Source: an uncultured Syntrophaceae bacterium
GTDB lineage: Bacteria; Desulfobacterota; Syntrophia; Syntrophales; UBA2210
Direction: 5' to 3'
NCBI GenBank assembly: GCA_964387765.1
Contig: CAYLXS010000001.1
Location: forward strand, 437 to 64,436
Length of the DNA stretch: 64,000 bases
In this document: positions 17,639 through 28,280 of the stretch, in pieces
Position numbering within the stretch: position 1 is the stretch's first letter
Layout: each line of letters opens with the position of its first letter
The notes under the pieces: model-generated
Seen by the model: only the letters and a program-made list of their open reading frames with translations
The model's database searches: none
What the model was told of the DNA's origin: nothing
Program-made: the position numbers and the translations under genes

Positions 17639-19684
17639 ATGTGGAGTTACAGGCTCGTGTCACTGCGATCGATTGTTAACAATAATTTCCAGAGTCTGAT
17701 CATAGGGCTTTTGCTGTTTACGGGGCTTTATCTCACAAGTCTGTACAGCTATCTTCTGTTTCATACTCTCGCGGAAGGTTTTTCAATCGTCATCGCCGTC
17801 TCCCTCTTCCTGATAGCCTGGAACACACGTCAACATACAGCAAATAATTATGTCCTGTTTCTCAGCATCGCCTTTCTGTTTGCCGGCCTCATCGATTTTT
17901 TCCACACCATGGCCTACAGGGGGATGGGGATCTTTACCGGCTATGATGCCAACCTGCCTACGCAGCTATGGATTGCCGCCCGCTACCTTCAAAGTCTGTC
18001 TCTGCTCGCAGCGCCATGGTTCATCGATCGGAAACTGAACATCCGCGCCATCCTGGTTTTTTATCTTTCCGCGACCATCCTGCTGCTGGCGACCGTCTTT
18101 TCCGGCACGCTGTTTCCCGCCTGCTTTGTCGAAGGCCAGGGGCTGACCCCCTTCAAAATCGTCAGCGAATACATCATCTGCTTTGTCCTTATAGCTTCCC
18201 TGGTCTTGCTGTTACGGCGGCGTGACAAGTTTGATCCACACATCCTGCGATTGATTGTCTGGTCCATCCTCTTTACAATCGTCTCGGAACTGGCCTTCAC
18301 CTTTTACGTTAGCGTCTACGGCTTATCAAATCTGATCGGCCATTATTTCAAAATACTCGCGTTTTACCTCATTTACAGAGCGATCATCGTGACCGGTCTG
18401 GAAAATCCGTACAGCCTCATTTTTCACGATTTAGAGCAGAATCGCCAAGAGACACAGACCATTCTTGATGCCTCCCCCATCATGATCTTTTACAAGGACA
18501 GCGAAAACAGATTCATCCGCGTGAACAAGGCGTTTGCCGAGGCAATGAAGCTGGCCAAAGAGGGAATCGAGGGGAAAACAGCCCTTGAAGTTTTTCCCGA
18601 TCAGGCGACGAACTATTTGAAGGACGACAAGGAGGTTATCGCATCGGGTAAGCCAAAAATCGGCATTATCGAACCGATCGACACCGCAAGCGGCACCAGG
18701 TGGCTGCACACCGATAAGATACCGTACAGGGATATCGACGGGAACATTATCGGCATTATCGGCTTTGCCGTCGACATCACGGAGCGCAGGCATGCGGAGG
18801 AGGCGCTACATGAGAGCGAGAAACGTTACCGGAGCTTATTTGAAGAGACTCATGCCATCATGCTGCTCATTGATCCGGATAACGGCACCATTGTAGATGC
18901 CAATCCCGCCGCGTTTACCTACTATGGCTGGAGCCGTGAAGAGTTGAAAAGGCGCAAAATTGATGGAATAAACACGATGACAAGCAAAGAAGTTTCAGCG
19001 GAGATACAATTGGCGCTCTCTGAGAAGCGCAATGTATTTTTTTTCAAACACCGCCGTGCTGACGGGACGCTCCGCGATGTGGAAGTTTACGCTGGACCGG
19101 TACCCATGAAAGGCAAAGTCCTGCTTTTGTCCATTGTTCACGATATCACCGACCGCAAGCGGGCGGTGGAACAGATCGAGCAGATGGCCTACCAGGATTC
19201 CCTGACGGGCCTTCCCAACCGGAAGCTCTTCTCCGATCGCCTTGGCATTGCCTTGACTCAGGCCCAGAGAAATAAAAAAGAGGTGGGAATCGCGATGCTC
19301 GACCTCGACAATTTTAAGGACGTGAATGACACCTTGGGCCATGCTGCAGGAGACCTTCTACTCAAGGCAGCGGCAGAGCGGCTGAGCGCAGCGCTGAGGA
19401 AGGGTGATACCGTTGCACGCATCGGTGGCGATGAGTTTGTGCTGATCCTTCCTGAACTGAAGGAAGCAGAAGATGCGATCCAGGTTGCACAGAAGATCGT
19501 TGACGGTTTTCGGAAACCCTTCCTCATTGACACCAATCAACTGGTTGTGACGACAAGTATCGGTATCGCAGTCTATCCCAATGATGGAGCAGATGGAGAT
19601 ATTCTTCTAAAAAATGCTGATATCGCTATGTATCAAGCCAAGGAGGCGGGTCGGGATCGATACCAGATCTACAACAAGGCATGA
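17639..19684 (+). CDS. Multi-TM sensor with PAS-PAS-GGDEF (diguanylate cyclase)
   Basis: An N-terminal multi-TM region of ~250 aa, two PAS domains, and RKGDTVARIGGDEF (an RxxD I-site plus GGDEF). Confidence 0.9.
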   Translation: MWSYRLVSLRSIVNNNFQSLIIGLLLFTGLYLTSLYSYLLFHTLAEGFSIVIAVSLFLIAWNTRQHTANNYVLFLSIAFLFAGLIDFFHTMAYRGMGIFTGYDANLPTQLWIAARYLQSLSLLAAPWFIDRKLNIRAILVFYLSATILLLATVFSGTLFPACFVEGQGLTPFKIVSEYIICFVLIASLVLLLRRRDKFDPHILRLIVWSILFTIVSELAFTFYVSVYGLSNLIGHYFKILAFYLIYRAIIVTGLENPYSLIFHDLEQNRQETQTILDASPIMIFYKDSENRFIRVNKAFAEAMKLAKEGIEGKTALEVFPDQATNYLKDDKEVIASGKPKIGIIEPIDTASGTRWLHTDKIPYRDIDGNIIGIIGFAVDITERRHAEEALHESEKRYRSLFEETHAIMLLIDPDNGTIVDANPAAFTYYGWSREELKRRKIDGINTMTSKEVSAEIQLALSEKRNVFFFKHRRADGTLRDVEVYAGPVPMKGKVLLLSIVHDITDRKRAVEQIEQMAYQDSLTGLPNRKLFSDRLGIALTQAQRNKKEVGIAMLDLDNFKDVNDTLGHAAGDLLLKAAAERLSAALRKGDTVARIGGDEFVLILPELKEAEDAIQVAQKIVDGFRKPFLIDTNQLVVTTSIGIAVYPNDGADGDILLKNADIAMYQAKEAGRDRYQIYNKA

Positions 19685-20113
19685 AGATGCGATACCATTG
19701 CATTGCTTGTTCAAAGATTTTCAACTTGAAAGCGCCTGATTTCGAATTGGCACCAATAACCGGCACTCTTGACGGTTTCCTTTATCTTACCTGGGCAGTA
19801 CGGGTTGAAAGCTGCTACGCGAAACTATTTCCCTCATTTATTGACTTCAATAAACTATACGTAACAAAATGATGGTTGACTATTTGCAGGACAGTTGTCA
19901 TCATCTATCTGTATTTCTTATTGAATTAGGAAGTGGAGGCAGAGATGACAAAAAGCAATAAGGCGTTTGAGCGATATTGTAAAATCGAATCAGATGATGC
20001 CAGGATGGTTTATCAGAGGAATCGGGGACAAGTAACTCCCATTCAAAGATCACAAAAAAAATTGACCCTGTGTTTTCACTGTCAAAAAAAGAGGGTATTA
20101 TGGATTTTATTAG

Positions 20114-20146
20114 AAAATATTGGGGTGAGTGACCGGATTTGAACCG
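20114..20146. repeat. Direct repeat (att-like) within and flanking the intact tRNA-His
   Basis: Identical 33-mer to 14683-14715. Confidence 0.9.
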
Positions 20147-20198
20147 GCGACCTCCTGGGCCACAACCAGGCACTCTAACCAACTGAGCTACACCCACC
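20121..20198 (-). tRNA. tRNA-His (GTG)
   Basis: The hand-folded cloverleaf has G-1, acceptor GTGGGTG/CACTCAC, anticodon loop TTGTGGC, T-loop TTCAAAT, and an encoded CCA. Confidence 0.9.
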
Positions 20199-20210
20199 AC
20201 ATAATATTTA

Positions 20211-20287
<77 letters not shown>

Positions 20288-20308
20288 ATTGTTCGGAAAA
20301 GAAAGGTT

Positions 20309-20337
20309 CTTTTAGTCACTTTGCTCATATTTGTCAA
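20309..20337 (-). promoter_or_regulatory. Possible sigma70 promoter for the tRNA-Arg/tRNA-His pair
   Basis: The minus strand reads TTGACA-N17-TAAAAG, about 21 nt upstream of the tRNA-Arg 5' end. The -10 is weak. Confidence 0.35.
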
Positions 20338-20358
20338 GACAAAACACCAGACATTCCG

Positions 20359-23316
20359 TTACCTGACATAGCCTGCCACCCCGTCGTATATATATCCCAT
20401 TTTCTCACGATTTTCACTTTTTGTGTCCGTCGTATAGAAATATGCCCCCGTTTCAGGATTAAACCACCTGTACAGGTCTCTTGTATGGGACAGTTTCAGG
20501 GTTGCTATGTTTCCTATAGTTCCATCAAAGATATACCCTTTGAGAGGATGTTTTCCACCTGAGCGACTGTAGGAATAGAAATGAGTTCCCTTTGACGGAT
20601 TATGCCACTGGAAGAATTCCGCTGTTCCCGGAGTGCCTCTGCGAAAGAGTCTGAATGCCAGTTCACCTTTCCTGTACCTTTCAAGTGGAAAATCTCCCCG
20701 CGCGACAGCTGAAGATAACAGGCTCTCCGTTTCATTTGTATATCTGTAGATATCAATTAATTCTGAAAGGTTACCACTCATAACGTCAAGTCCCACTTCA
20801 ACTTTCTCGACCCCTTCCCCGGAGTAAAAGAGTATGTTCTCGCTGTAAGAACCGGGAGACAGATCCGTGGAGCTGGCCGTTACGTTAATGTAATCCACTT
20901 CATTCGTTGTAGTCCCTTTTTCAGGAGATATCTTTATCCATCCTTTTATACCCTCTATAAGGTCCGAGGTATAAACTCTCACACCCTCAACTTCCACGGT
21001 TCCACCCCTTACCGCAAGAGCAAGCAAATGTGGTTCTCCATCCGCCAGGATTTCCGCCACCGGGAACTCGATCCTTTCCCTCTTCTCAGACGCACAATCT
21101 ATTTCACCTGCCATCCGGTTATCAACAAACACATCGAGGGTCCCTCCATATATGTCTTTCCACAGGAACAGGACTATACCACTCCCCGAAAATGAATACC
21201 TCAGAAGGTCATTCTCGCCAGTGCTATAGGGATACCCACCCTCTTCAGACCATTCGCCGGAGATTTCGAGTTCATTCTTCAGACGTCGCGGTATGCTGTA
21301 GTCGTCTTTTCCTGAAACAGCCTCATTGGCAAAAGAAACATACCTGCCCCTTTCAAGAGCCACCCCACGGAAATTCTTTCTCTTTCCCTGCAACATTGCT
21401 TTCCATTTCAGGACATTTTTCCCCACATTTTTCAATTCAATTCGTTTCACCACTTTTCTGCCGGTCTCAACGCTGCCGAAATCTATCCCGAGCGGTTTTA
21501 CATCCATACAGGGTCGGGACCCCTTTTCCGCCACCTCAAATTTCAGGAATGCAGTCCGCTCTTCACCATTAAAGTGTAGTGTTAATTCTTCTCTGTAACC
21601 TCCGGGAACTAATAGCTTTTCATAAGATATTGAATTCCGGCCTGTCTCGAATTTCATCCGAACGGGAAAGAGTCCATTAACAGAAATCTCTTCGTCCGCC
21701 ATGGACTCAATGGAAATACGAAGGTAGCGCGCGGATGTCCCGGCCGTCCCCGAAAGTGTATCACCATATGGAGATAACCAATCTCCCATCCCATGCACCA
21801 TCCATGTCAGGTCCCCTCCTCCAACATTTTTCAGGGAAATCACACCTTTTGAACTCTCGCCGGGACCTATCGTGCCAAGATCCACTTCACGGGGAGACAC
21901 CATCAGGACAGGGCCGGCAACATCATCTTTAACATCAACAATCGCAACATTGCTGACCACACCTCCCCTCACCCTCCTGACCTCCGCTCTGCCGGCTGTC
22001 CTGGCCGTAAAAACAGGTTTTCTGCGCAGGAAGTATCCAACAGATGGATCAGAAACTGTCCACCTGCCATCCGAACCACCTGAAAGATCGGTCCTGCTTC
22101 CGTCAGACCATATACCGGTCGCCCTGAATACCATTTTATGCTTAACAGCCATTCTTACAGAAACAGGGGCAATGGATATGGATTCGAGAGAGATAATGTT
22201 TACAGGAATAGTTATTTCTTCATCTCCTCCGTTTGATCTTATTAAAACAGTGCCATTGTACCTTCCTTCCGGAAGCCCCGTAACATCCACAACGATTTTT
22301 ATATTCTTCCGGCCTGTACCGCGCAGTCTGCTGATATATCCTGATTTCAGTTTGTCCGGTGCATTTTCTTCCAAATCAGTAAACTCGAGACTCTCTTTAT
22401 CCGCTATTTGCCTGCCTGTGCCACCTGAAGAGGTACCTCCATCTAATACCAGCCAAGGTGTCCTGCTTATAACTTCCCATTCCAATTCTCCTTTGCCGGC
22501 ATTTCGCAGGGTCATGGAAATATTTTCAATTGAGTCTTTCTCCATACGATCCAGTCTGATCTTCGGCAGAGAAACCTTTAAGAGCGGTCCATCAAGGGCA
22601 TCTATATGAATTGTCACGACAGGACTTTTAACCCTGCCCTCCTTCGCGAAGACACGGACATCTCCCTTGTGTTTTCCAATGAATAGTCCCTTATCGACAA
22701 AATATCCTGTCCTTTTATTCGCAGATATCCACTTTATCTTTTTTGTAATATCTCTTTTGGAGCCATCCGAATATATACCGATAGCGCTCATACGAATCTT
22801 TCTGCCGGCCCGAGTGCTGGTAATCGATGTCAGCCTGATTTCCTCCAGTTTTGATCTGTATGTGTCATTATTATCCCTGAGAATGGTAGCGGAGACCGGA
22901 ATCATTATAATTCCGCAAGATGATGTTATGGCAATTCCGCCCTTATGATAGCCAGGGGAAAGGTCACGCGGGTCCGCTGTAACTGACACGATCTGTGTGC
23001 CATCCTCCACAACTCCGGAATATTTATCGAGTGCCAGCCAGGGGTCTATCCACTTAACCATCCACTTTATTTTCCCCTGTCCTCTTTTGCTTACTTCAAT
23101 CGACGCAACTCCGGTCTCTGTATCTCTCAGAATACCGAAATCTATTCCGTCTGGTGTTACAGAAAGAATCGGCTTCTCTTTGACAGGCTGGTTGACCTGT
23201 GCGAACAGGGAGGGCAATCCTCCAAACATCAAAATCGCGGCAAACACCGCGGCAATTATAGCTTTTGATTTAAGCACTGTTACATCCCTTTTCAGTTTCA
23301 TAGTTGACGGTTTCAC
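20359..23316 (-). CDS. Large secreted Ig-like repeat protein (Big_2/ASH-like repeats, C-terminal duplicated NPxxGxHFY motif)
   Basis: Signal peptide, Big_2-like segments (MSAIGIYSDGSKRDITKKIKWISAN; FRATGIWSDGSRTDLS), and repeated 'IDFG...L.N.G...L.W' modules. The C-terminus carries FFQWHNPSKGTHFYSYS and LYRWFNPETGAYFYTTD. Confidence 0.75.
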   Translation of the reverse strand: MKPSTMKLKRDVTVLKSKAIIAAVFAAILMFGGLPSLFAQVNQPVKEKPILSVTPDGIDFGILRDTETGVASIEVSKRGQGKIKWMVKWIDPWLALDKYSGVVEDGTQIVSVTADPRDLSPGYHKGGIAITSSCGIIMIPVSATILRDNNDTYRSKLEEIRLTSITSTRAGRKIRMSAIGIYSDGSKRDITKKIKWISANKRTGYFVDKGLFIGKHKGDVRVFAKEGRVKSPVVTIHIDALDGPLLKVSLPKIRLDRMEKDSIENISMTLRNAGKGELEWEVISRTPWLVLDGGTSSGGTGRQIADKESLEFTDLEENAPDKLKSGYISRLRGTGRKNIKIVVDVTGLPEGRYNGTVLIRSNGGDEEITIPVNIISLESISIAPVSVRMAVKHKMVFRATGIWSDGSRTDLSGGSDGRWTVSDPSVGYFLRRKPVFTARTAGRAEVRRVRGGVVSNVAIVDVKDDVAGPVLMVSPREVDLGTIGPGESSKGVISLKNVGGGDLTWMVHGMGDWLSPYGDTLSGTAGTSARYLRISIESMADEEISVNGLFPVRMKFETGRNSISYEKLLVPGGYREELTLHFNGEERTAFLKFEVAEKGSRPCMDVKPLGIDFGSVETGRKVVKRIELKNVGKNVLKWKAMLQGKRKNFRGVALERGRYVSFANEAVSGKDDYSIPRRLKNELEISGEWSEEGGYPYSTGENDLLRYSFSGSGIVLFLWKDIYGGTLDVFVDNRMAGEIDCASEKRERIEFPVAEILADGEPHLLALAVRGGTVEVEGVRVYTSDLIEGIKGWIKISPEKGTTTNEVDYINVTASSTDLSPGSYSENILFYSGEGVEKVEVGLDVMSGNLSELIDIYRYTNETESLLSSAVARGDFPLERYRKGELAFRLFRRGTPGTAEFFQWHNPSKGTHFYSYSRSGGKHPLKGYIFDGTIGNIATLKLSHTRDLYRWFNPETGAYFYTTDTKSENREKMGYIYDGVAGYVR

Positions 23317-23391
23317 AAAAAAGTCCGTTATTCTTATGTGAAATTATTATAACTATGGAGCGATGTCAAGCGGATGACGAATCAAAAAGAC

Positions 23392-23420
23392 TTGACACCT
23401 CTCAAAGATACTCATATATA
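23392..23420 (+). promoter_or_regulatory. Near-consensus sigma70 promoter for dprA-topA-trmFO
   Basis: TTGACA (23392-23397), a 17-nt spacer, then TATATA (23415-23420). Confidence 0.6.
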
Positions 23421-23448
23421 GTGCCCATCTTGTATAGTGCCCATCTTG
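23417..23448 (+). repeat. Perfect tandem duplication (2 x 16 nt TATAGTGCCCATCTTG)
   Basis: Read directly from the sequence. It overlaps the -10 and the predicted 5' UTR of dprA. Confidence 0.9.
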
Positions 23449-23494
23449 ATAATTATCTATAACTATTGCAACTTTGCTTTTTAAGGGTATATCG

Positions 23495-24619
23495 ATGACC
23501 CATAATGATCTAAAATACTGGCTGGCCCTTAAGTCCTTGGAAAATGTGGGGAATGTCGGCTTTAACAGCCTTGTAAACACGTTTGGCTCTCCACTGGCCG
23601 TCTTCGACGCTCCCACAACATCCCTGCAAAAAATAGACCGCATTACGCGAAAAATAGCCCACAGTATAAAGAACTTTGATAACTGGGCAACTATCGAAAA
23701 AGAGCTTGAACTGGCTGACAAGTTGAATGTTTCAATAATCACATCCGATTCCCCATCTTACCCCAGACTGCTTTTAAACATATACGATTTTCCACCCATT
23801 CTGTACGTCAAAGGAACACTGTCCGATCAGGATGTAAATGTTGCCGTGGTGGGCTCCAGGATGGCAAGCACTTATGGCAGGTTTACAACTGAAAAGTTGT
23901 GCCGTGAGCTCGCCATGAAAGGAGTAACCGTCGTAAGTGGTATGGCAAGGGGTATTGATTCTGCTGCTCATGCCGGCGCGATCGCAGGCAAGGGAAGGAC
24001 AATCGCTGTACTGGGATCCGGCATCGATGTTATCTATCCCCCGGAAAACAGAAAACTCTTTGAAAAGATTTCTGAAAATGGCGCCGTGATTACCGAATTC
24101 CCCTTTTGCACCCAGCCGCTGGCCTTCAACTTTCCCGCCAGAAACAGGATAATAAGCGGCCTTTCGCTGGGAGTTGTCGTGGTTGAAGCCAATGAGAAGA
24201 GCGGGTCCCTGATAACTGCGCGACTCGCCCTGGAACAGGGGAGAGAAGTCTTTGCCGTGCCGGGAAATATCGATTCCTTGAGAACAAAAGGGACCCACAG
24301 GCTCATAAGGGAAGGCGCGAAACTTGTTGAAAATACATATGACATATTAGAGGAAATTCTGCCCCAGGTGAGTTTTGGCGACAAAGCTGCCAAATCACCA
24401 GGTGAAATACCTCTGCAGGATCATTCGATTAAATCCGAGGGATTAAACGCTGATGAAAAAACCATTCTGAAGTTAATAGGCAAAAAACCTGTTCATATAG
24501 ACAGTCTGGCCGCTGATTCCGACTATCAAATACAGGATGTCCTGAGCATCCTCATGTCACTTGAGCTCGGAGGCTACGTCGAGCAGCTTCCAGGCAAAAA
24601 TTTTGTTGTTAAGGGGTAA
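23495..24619 (+). CDS. dprA: DNA-processing protein DprA
   Basis: GVTVVSGMARGIDSAAHAGAI core. The ATG at 23495 is preferred over the TTG at 23474. Confidence 0.9.
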   Translation: MTHNDLKYWLALKSLENVGNVGFNSLVNTFGSPLAVFDAPTTSLQKIDRITRKIAHSIKNFDNWATIEKELELADKLNVSIITSDSPSYPRLLLNIYDFPPILYVKGTLSDQDVNVAVVGSRMASTYGRFTTEKLCRELAMKGVTVVSGMARGIDSAAHAGAIAGKGRTIAVLGSGIDVIYPPENRKLFEKISENGAVITEFPFCTQPLAFNFPARNRIISGLSLGVVVVEANEKSGSLITARLALEQGREVFAVPGNIDSLRTKGTHRLIREGAKLVENTYDILEEILPQVSFGDKAAKSPGEIPLQDHSIKSEGLNADEKTILKLIGKKPVHIDSLAADSDYQIQDVLSILMSLELGGYVEQLPGKNFVVKG

Positions 24620-24621
24620 AT

Positions 24622-26886
24622 ATGTCCAGTTCTCTTATTATCGTTGAATCGCCGGCAAAGATAAAAACGATAAAAAAGTATCTCGGCCCGGAATTTGAGG
24701 TGCAGGCTTCTGTCGGACATGTAAAAGACCTTCCCAAAAGCAAACTGGGGATTGATCTTGAAAATAACTTTAAACCAACCTACGAAGTTATCACTGAAAA
24801 AAAGAAAATCATTTCTGAGCTGAAAAAATCCGCGAAGAAAGCAGATAACATCTTTCTGGCGTCTGACCCTGACAGGGAGGGAGAGGCCATTGCATGGCAC
24901 GTGGCGAGCGAAATAGGAAAGAACAAAAATATCTACAGGGTGCTCTTCAACGATCTTACAAAAAAGACCATCATCGCGGCTATCAAAAATCCTCTGGAGC
25001 TTAACGTCAATAAATATGAGGCCCAGCAGACCAGACGGATTCTTGACAGGCTTGTGGGATATCAAATCAGCCCGATACTCTGGAAGAAGGTGCGGCGGGG
25101 ACTGAGCGCGGGACGGGTCCAATCGGTTGCAGTAAGAATAATATGCGACAGAGAGGCCGAGATCCGGGCGTTTGTATCGGAGGAATACTGGAACATTACC
25201 GCCCTGCTGGAGGGAAACAGTCCTCCTCCCTTTGAAGCGCGGCTGACAAAAGTAGGTTCCAGAAAGTTAAAACTTAAAAATGAAACGCAGACAAAAGAGC
25301 TTCTCGAAGAACTGAAGGGCTCTTCATTTATTGTAAAAAAGGTGGAAAAAAAGGAGGCAAAACGCTCTCCGGCTCCCCCATTTACTACAAGCAAGCTCCA
25401 GCAGGAGGCATCGAGAAGGCTTCGTTTCACGGCCAAGAAAACGATGAGTGTCGCCCAGAGACTGTATGAGGGAATAGCGCTCGGAGAAGAAGGTTCCGTT
25501 GGCCTTATCACATATATGAGAACCGACTCGGTCCGTATAGCATCGGAAGCCCTGGAAAACGCGAGGGAATACATAGAAAAGAATTATGGAAAGGAATTCC
25601 TTCCTGCAAAGGCCAGGCTCTTCAAATCCCCAAAGTCTTCCCAGGACGGACATGAGGCGATTAGGCCTACATCCACAGCGTACGCGCCACAAAACATCAA
25701 ACAGTATCTCAAGAATGACGAATTTCGTCTGTATCAACTGATATGGAACCGCTTTATAGCAAGTCAGATGAATCCGGCTGTATTTGACCAGACAGCTGTT
25801 GATATACAGGCAGGCCGCTGTCTTTTTCACGCGCAAGGCTCCGTAATAAAATTCCCCGGGTTCAGCATTGTTTATTCTGAAAACAGAGAGAAGGAAGACA
25901 AAGGTAATGATACCGAGTCGGTTAGTCCCGATTTGTCCGCACTTCCGGAGGTTTCCGAGGGTGAAGAGCTGACACTAATTTCCCTCGAACCAAAGCAGCA
26001 CTTCACGCAGCCGCCGGCACGGTTTTCCGAAGCGACTCTTGTGAAAGAGCTGGAGGAAAAAGGGATCGGCAGACCCAGCACATACGCCGCCATTATAAGC
26101 ACTATTCAAAATCGAAAATATACAAAACTTGAAAAAGGCAGATTTCACCCCACGGAACTTGGCACACTTGTCAACGGACTTCTCGTGGATAACTTTCCAA
26201 ACATCATGGATGTCCAGTTCACCGCTTCCATGGAAAACAACCTGGACATGATTGAGGACGGGAAGATCACACGATATAAAACACTCGAAGACTTCTATAC
26301 GTCTTTTAAATCAGAGCTGGAAAAGGCCGGTGATGAAATGAAAAGTGTCAAGGGAGAAATGATCCCCACCGATCTTACATGTGATAAGTGCGGGGGGCCA
26401 ATGGTCATAAAATGGGGGAGAAACGGAAAGTTCCTGGCCTGCTCCAACTATCCCGAATGCAAGAATACAGGCAATATCGCGCAGGATGAGAATGGCGCAA
26501 TCAGCAAAATGGAGGCAGAGACAACCGATATTATCTGCGATGTGTGCGGTAAGAACATGATTATAAAGGAGGGCAAATTCGGAAGATTTCTGGGATGCTC
26601 GGGGTACCCGGAATGCAAGAATACAAAACCAATAGATACAGGGGTAAAGTGCCCCAGGGAGGGGTGTGGCGGCAGTATCTGTGAGAGACTTTCAAGAAAA
26701 GGCAAAACGTTCTTTGGATGTTCAAACTATCCGAACTGCACCTATGCCCTGTGGGACAGGCCGATACCGGAAAAATGCCCCCTGTGCGGACATCCTTTTC
26801 TGGTCGAGAAATATTACCGTGGAAAAGGTCTCGTAAAGACGTGCCCTAACAAGGAATGCGGGTATAAGGAAACGGCTGAAGGCTGA
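24622..26886 (+). CDS. topA: DNA topoisomerase I
   Basis: TOPRIM N-terminus ([16 protein letters not shown]) and four C-terminal CxxC..CxxC zinc ribbons. Confidence 0.95.
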   Translation: MSSSLIIVESPAKIKTIKKYLGPEFEVQASVGHVKDLPKSKLGIDLENNFKPTYEVITEKKKIISELKKSAKKADNIFLASDPDREGEAIAWHVASEIGKNKNIYRVLFNDLTKKTIIAAIKNPLELNVNKYEAQQTRRILDRLVGYQISPILWKKVRRGLSAGRVQSVAVRIICDREAEIRAFVSEEYWNITALLEGNSPPPFEARLTKVGSRKLKLKNETQTKELLEELKGSSFIVKKVEKKEAKRSPAPPFTTSKLQQEASRRLRFTAKKTMSVAQRLYEGIALGEEGSVGLITYMRTDSVRIASEALENAREYIEKNYGKEFLPAKARLFKSPKSSQDGHEAIRPTSTAYAPQNIKQYLKNDEFRLYQLIWNRFIASQMNPAVFDQTAVDIQAGRCLFHAQGSVIKFPGFSIVYSENREKEDKGNDTESVSPDLSALPEVSEGEELTLISLEPKQHFTQPPARFSEATLVKELEEKGIGRPSTYAAIISTIQNRKYTKLEKGRFHPTELGTLVNGLLVDNFPNIMDVQFTASMENNLDMIEDGKITRYKTLEDFYTSFKSELEKAGDEMKSVKGEMIPTDLTCDKCGGPMVIKWGRNGKFLACSNYPECKNTGNIAQDENGAISKMEAETTDIICDVCGKNMIIKEGKFGRFLGCSGYPECKNTKPIDTGVKCPREGCGGSICERLSRKGKTFFGCSNYPNCTYALWDRPIPEKCPLCGHPFLVEKYYRGKGLVKTCPNKECGYKETAEG

Positions 26887-26890
26887 AGGG

Positions 26891-28246
26891 GTGAATCAAA
26901 ACTTGAAATCAGATACCCAAAAGGCGACTTCCTCCAAACCTGTTATAATCATAGGTGGCGGTCTTGCGGGGTGTGAGGCCGCGTGGCAGATCTCAAGAAG
27001 GGGAATCGACGCCTTTCTTTACGAAATGAAACCCGCCCTGTTTTCTCCGGCCCACAAGTCTCCCCTCCTCGCGGAACTTGTATGCAGCAACTCTTTCCGC
27101 TCCAACGCGACAGAAAATGCGGTTGGTCTTCTCAAGGAAGAGATGCGCATGGCAGGATCATTGATAATGGAGGCGGCCGATGCCACAGCAGTGCCGGCAG
27201 GTAAGGCTCTGGCCGTGGACAGAACCCTTTTTTCAAACTATATCGAAGACAGGCTCGCGTCGACAGGAACCCGGATAATAAGGGAAGAGGTCACCGAAAT
27301 TTTTGAAGACTCTATTGTCATCATAGCTACCGGCCCTCTCACATCCGAATCTCTGGCAAAACAAATCTCTTCCGTTACAGGAAACGAGTATCTCTATTTT
27401 TATGATGCCATTTCACCCATCGTGGAAGCACAGTCCATCGACTATAACAGAGTCTTCAGGGCGTCAAGATACGACACCAGCGGTGAGGGAGATTATCTGA
27501 ACTGCCCCATGACAAGGGAGGAATACGAAAGGTTCTGGACGGAGTTATCGGGCGGCAGTGAAGTGCCTCTCAGGGATTTTGAAGAGAAGCGCTTTTTTGA
27601 AGGATGCCTGCCTGTTGAAGTCCTCGCGAAAAGAGGACCGAAGACCCTGCTTTTCGGCCCGATGAAACCGGTGGGGCTTACAGACCCAAAAACAGGCAAG
27701 CGCCCCCATGCCGTGATCCAGCTCAGACAGGAAAACAGCAAAGGAACTCTCTACAACCTGGTAGGATTTCAGACAAAACTGACATGGCCGGAGCAGAAAC
27801 GCATCCTCAGAATGATACCGGGGCTGGAAAAAGCAGATTTCGCGAGATATGGCAGCATACACCGCAATACCTTCATAAATTCCCCTGCCCTGCTCAAAAA
27901 ATCACTGCAGCTTCGCTCCAATGATAACATCTTTGTTGCGGGACAGATTACCGGTGTCGAGGGATATGTGGAATCGGCGGCGATGGGATTAATGGCAGGT
28001 ATAAACGTTTGCCGGCAGATCGCGGGAAAGGATATGACGGTTCCTCCTGAAACAACCGCTCTGGGCGCACTTTTGCATCACATTACAAACGCCGATCACA
28101 AGACCTTTCAGCCGATGAATGTGAATTTTGGTCTTTTTGCTCCACTTGAAAAGCGTGTGTCAAAAAAAGAGAGAGGCGAACTTTATGCCAGGCGCTCCAT
28201 TGATACACTGAAAAAATGGATGGAAATACATACGTTGCATTTGTAA
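26891..28246 (+). CDS. trmFO: Methylenetetrahydrofolate--tRNA-(uracil-5-)-methyltransferase TrmFO
   Basis: FAD-binding [14 protein letters not shown], 451 aa, and conserved dprA-topA-trmFO synteny. Confidence 0.9.
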   Translation: MNQNLKSDTQKATSSKPVIIIGGGLAGCEAAWQISRRGIDAFLYEMKPALFSPAHKSPLLAELVCSNSFRSNATENAVGLLKEEMRMAGSLIMEAADATAVPAGKALAVDRTLFSNYIEDRLASTGTRIIREEVTEIFEDSIVIIATGPLTSESLAKQISSVTGNEYLYFYDAISPIVEAQSIDYNRVFRASRYDTSGEGDYLNCPMTREEYERFWTELSGGSEVPLRDFEEKRFFEGCLPVEVLAKRGPKTLLFGPMKPVGLTDPKTGKRPHAVIQLRQENSKGTLYNLVGFQTKLTWPEQKRILRMIPGLEKADFARYGSIHRNTFINSPALLKKSLQLRSNDNIFVAGQITGVEGYVESAAMGLMAGINVCRQIAGKDMTVPPETTALGALLHHITNADHKTFQPMNVNFGLFAPLEKRVSKKERGELYARRSIDTLKKWMEIHTLHL

Positions 28247-28280
28247 GAGGAACGCAGAAATTGGACTTTTTACAAAGCCG

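Larger units (their letters stand above)
14683..20146. mobile_element. tRNA-His-associated genomic islet (about 5.4 kb, no integrase visible)
   Basis: It is bounded by the perfect 33-bp direct repeat. The left repeat begins 3 nt after the RND permease stop, and the right repeat is part of the intact tRNA-His. Confidence 0.55.

Noticed and set aside
19901-20200. 99-aa minus-strand ORF
   Set aside because: Its N-terminus is simply the translation of the tRNA-His gene, and the remainder is low-complexity.
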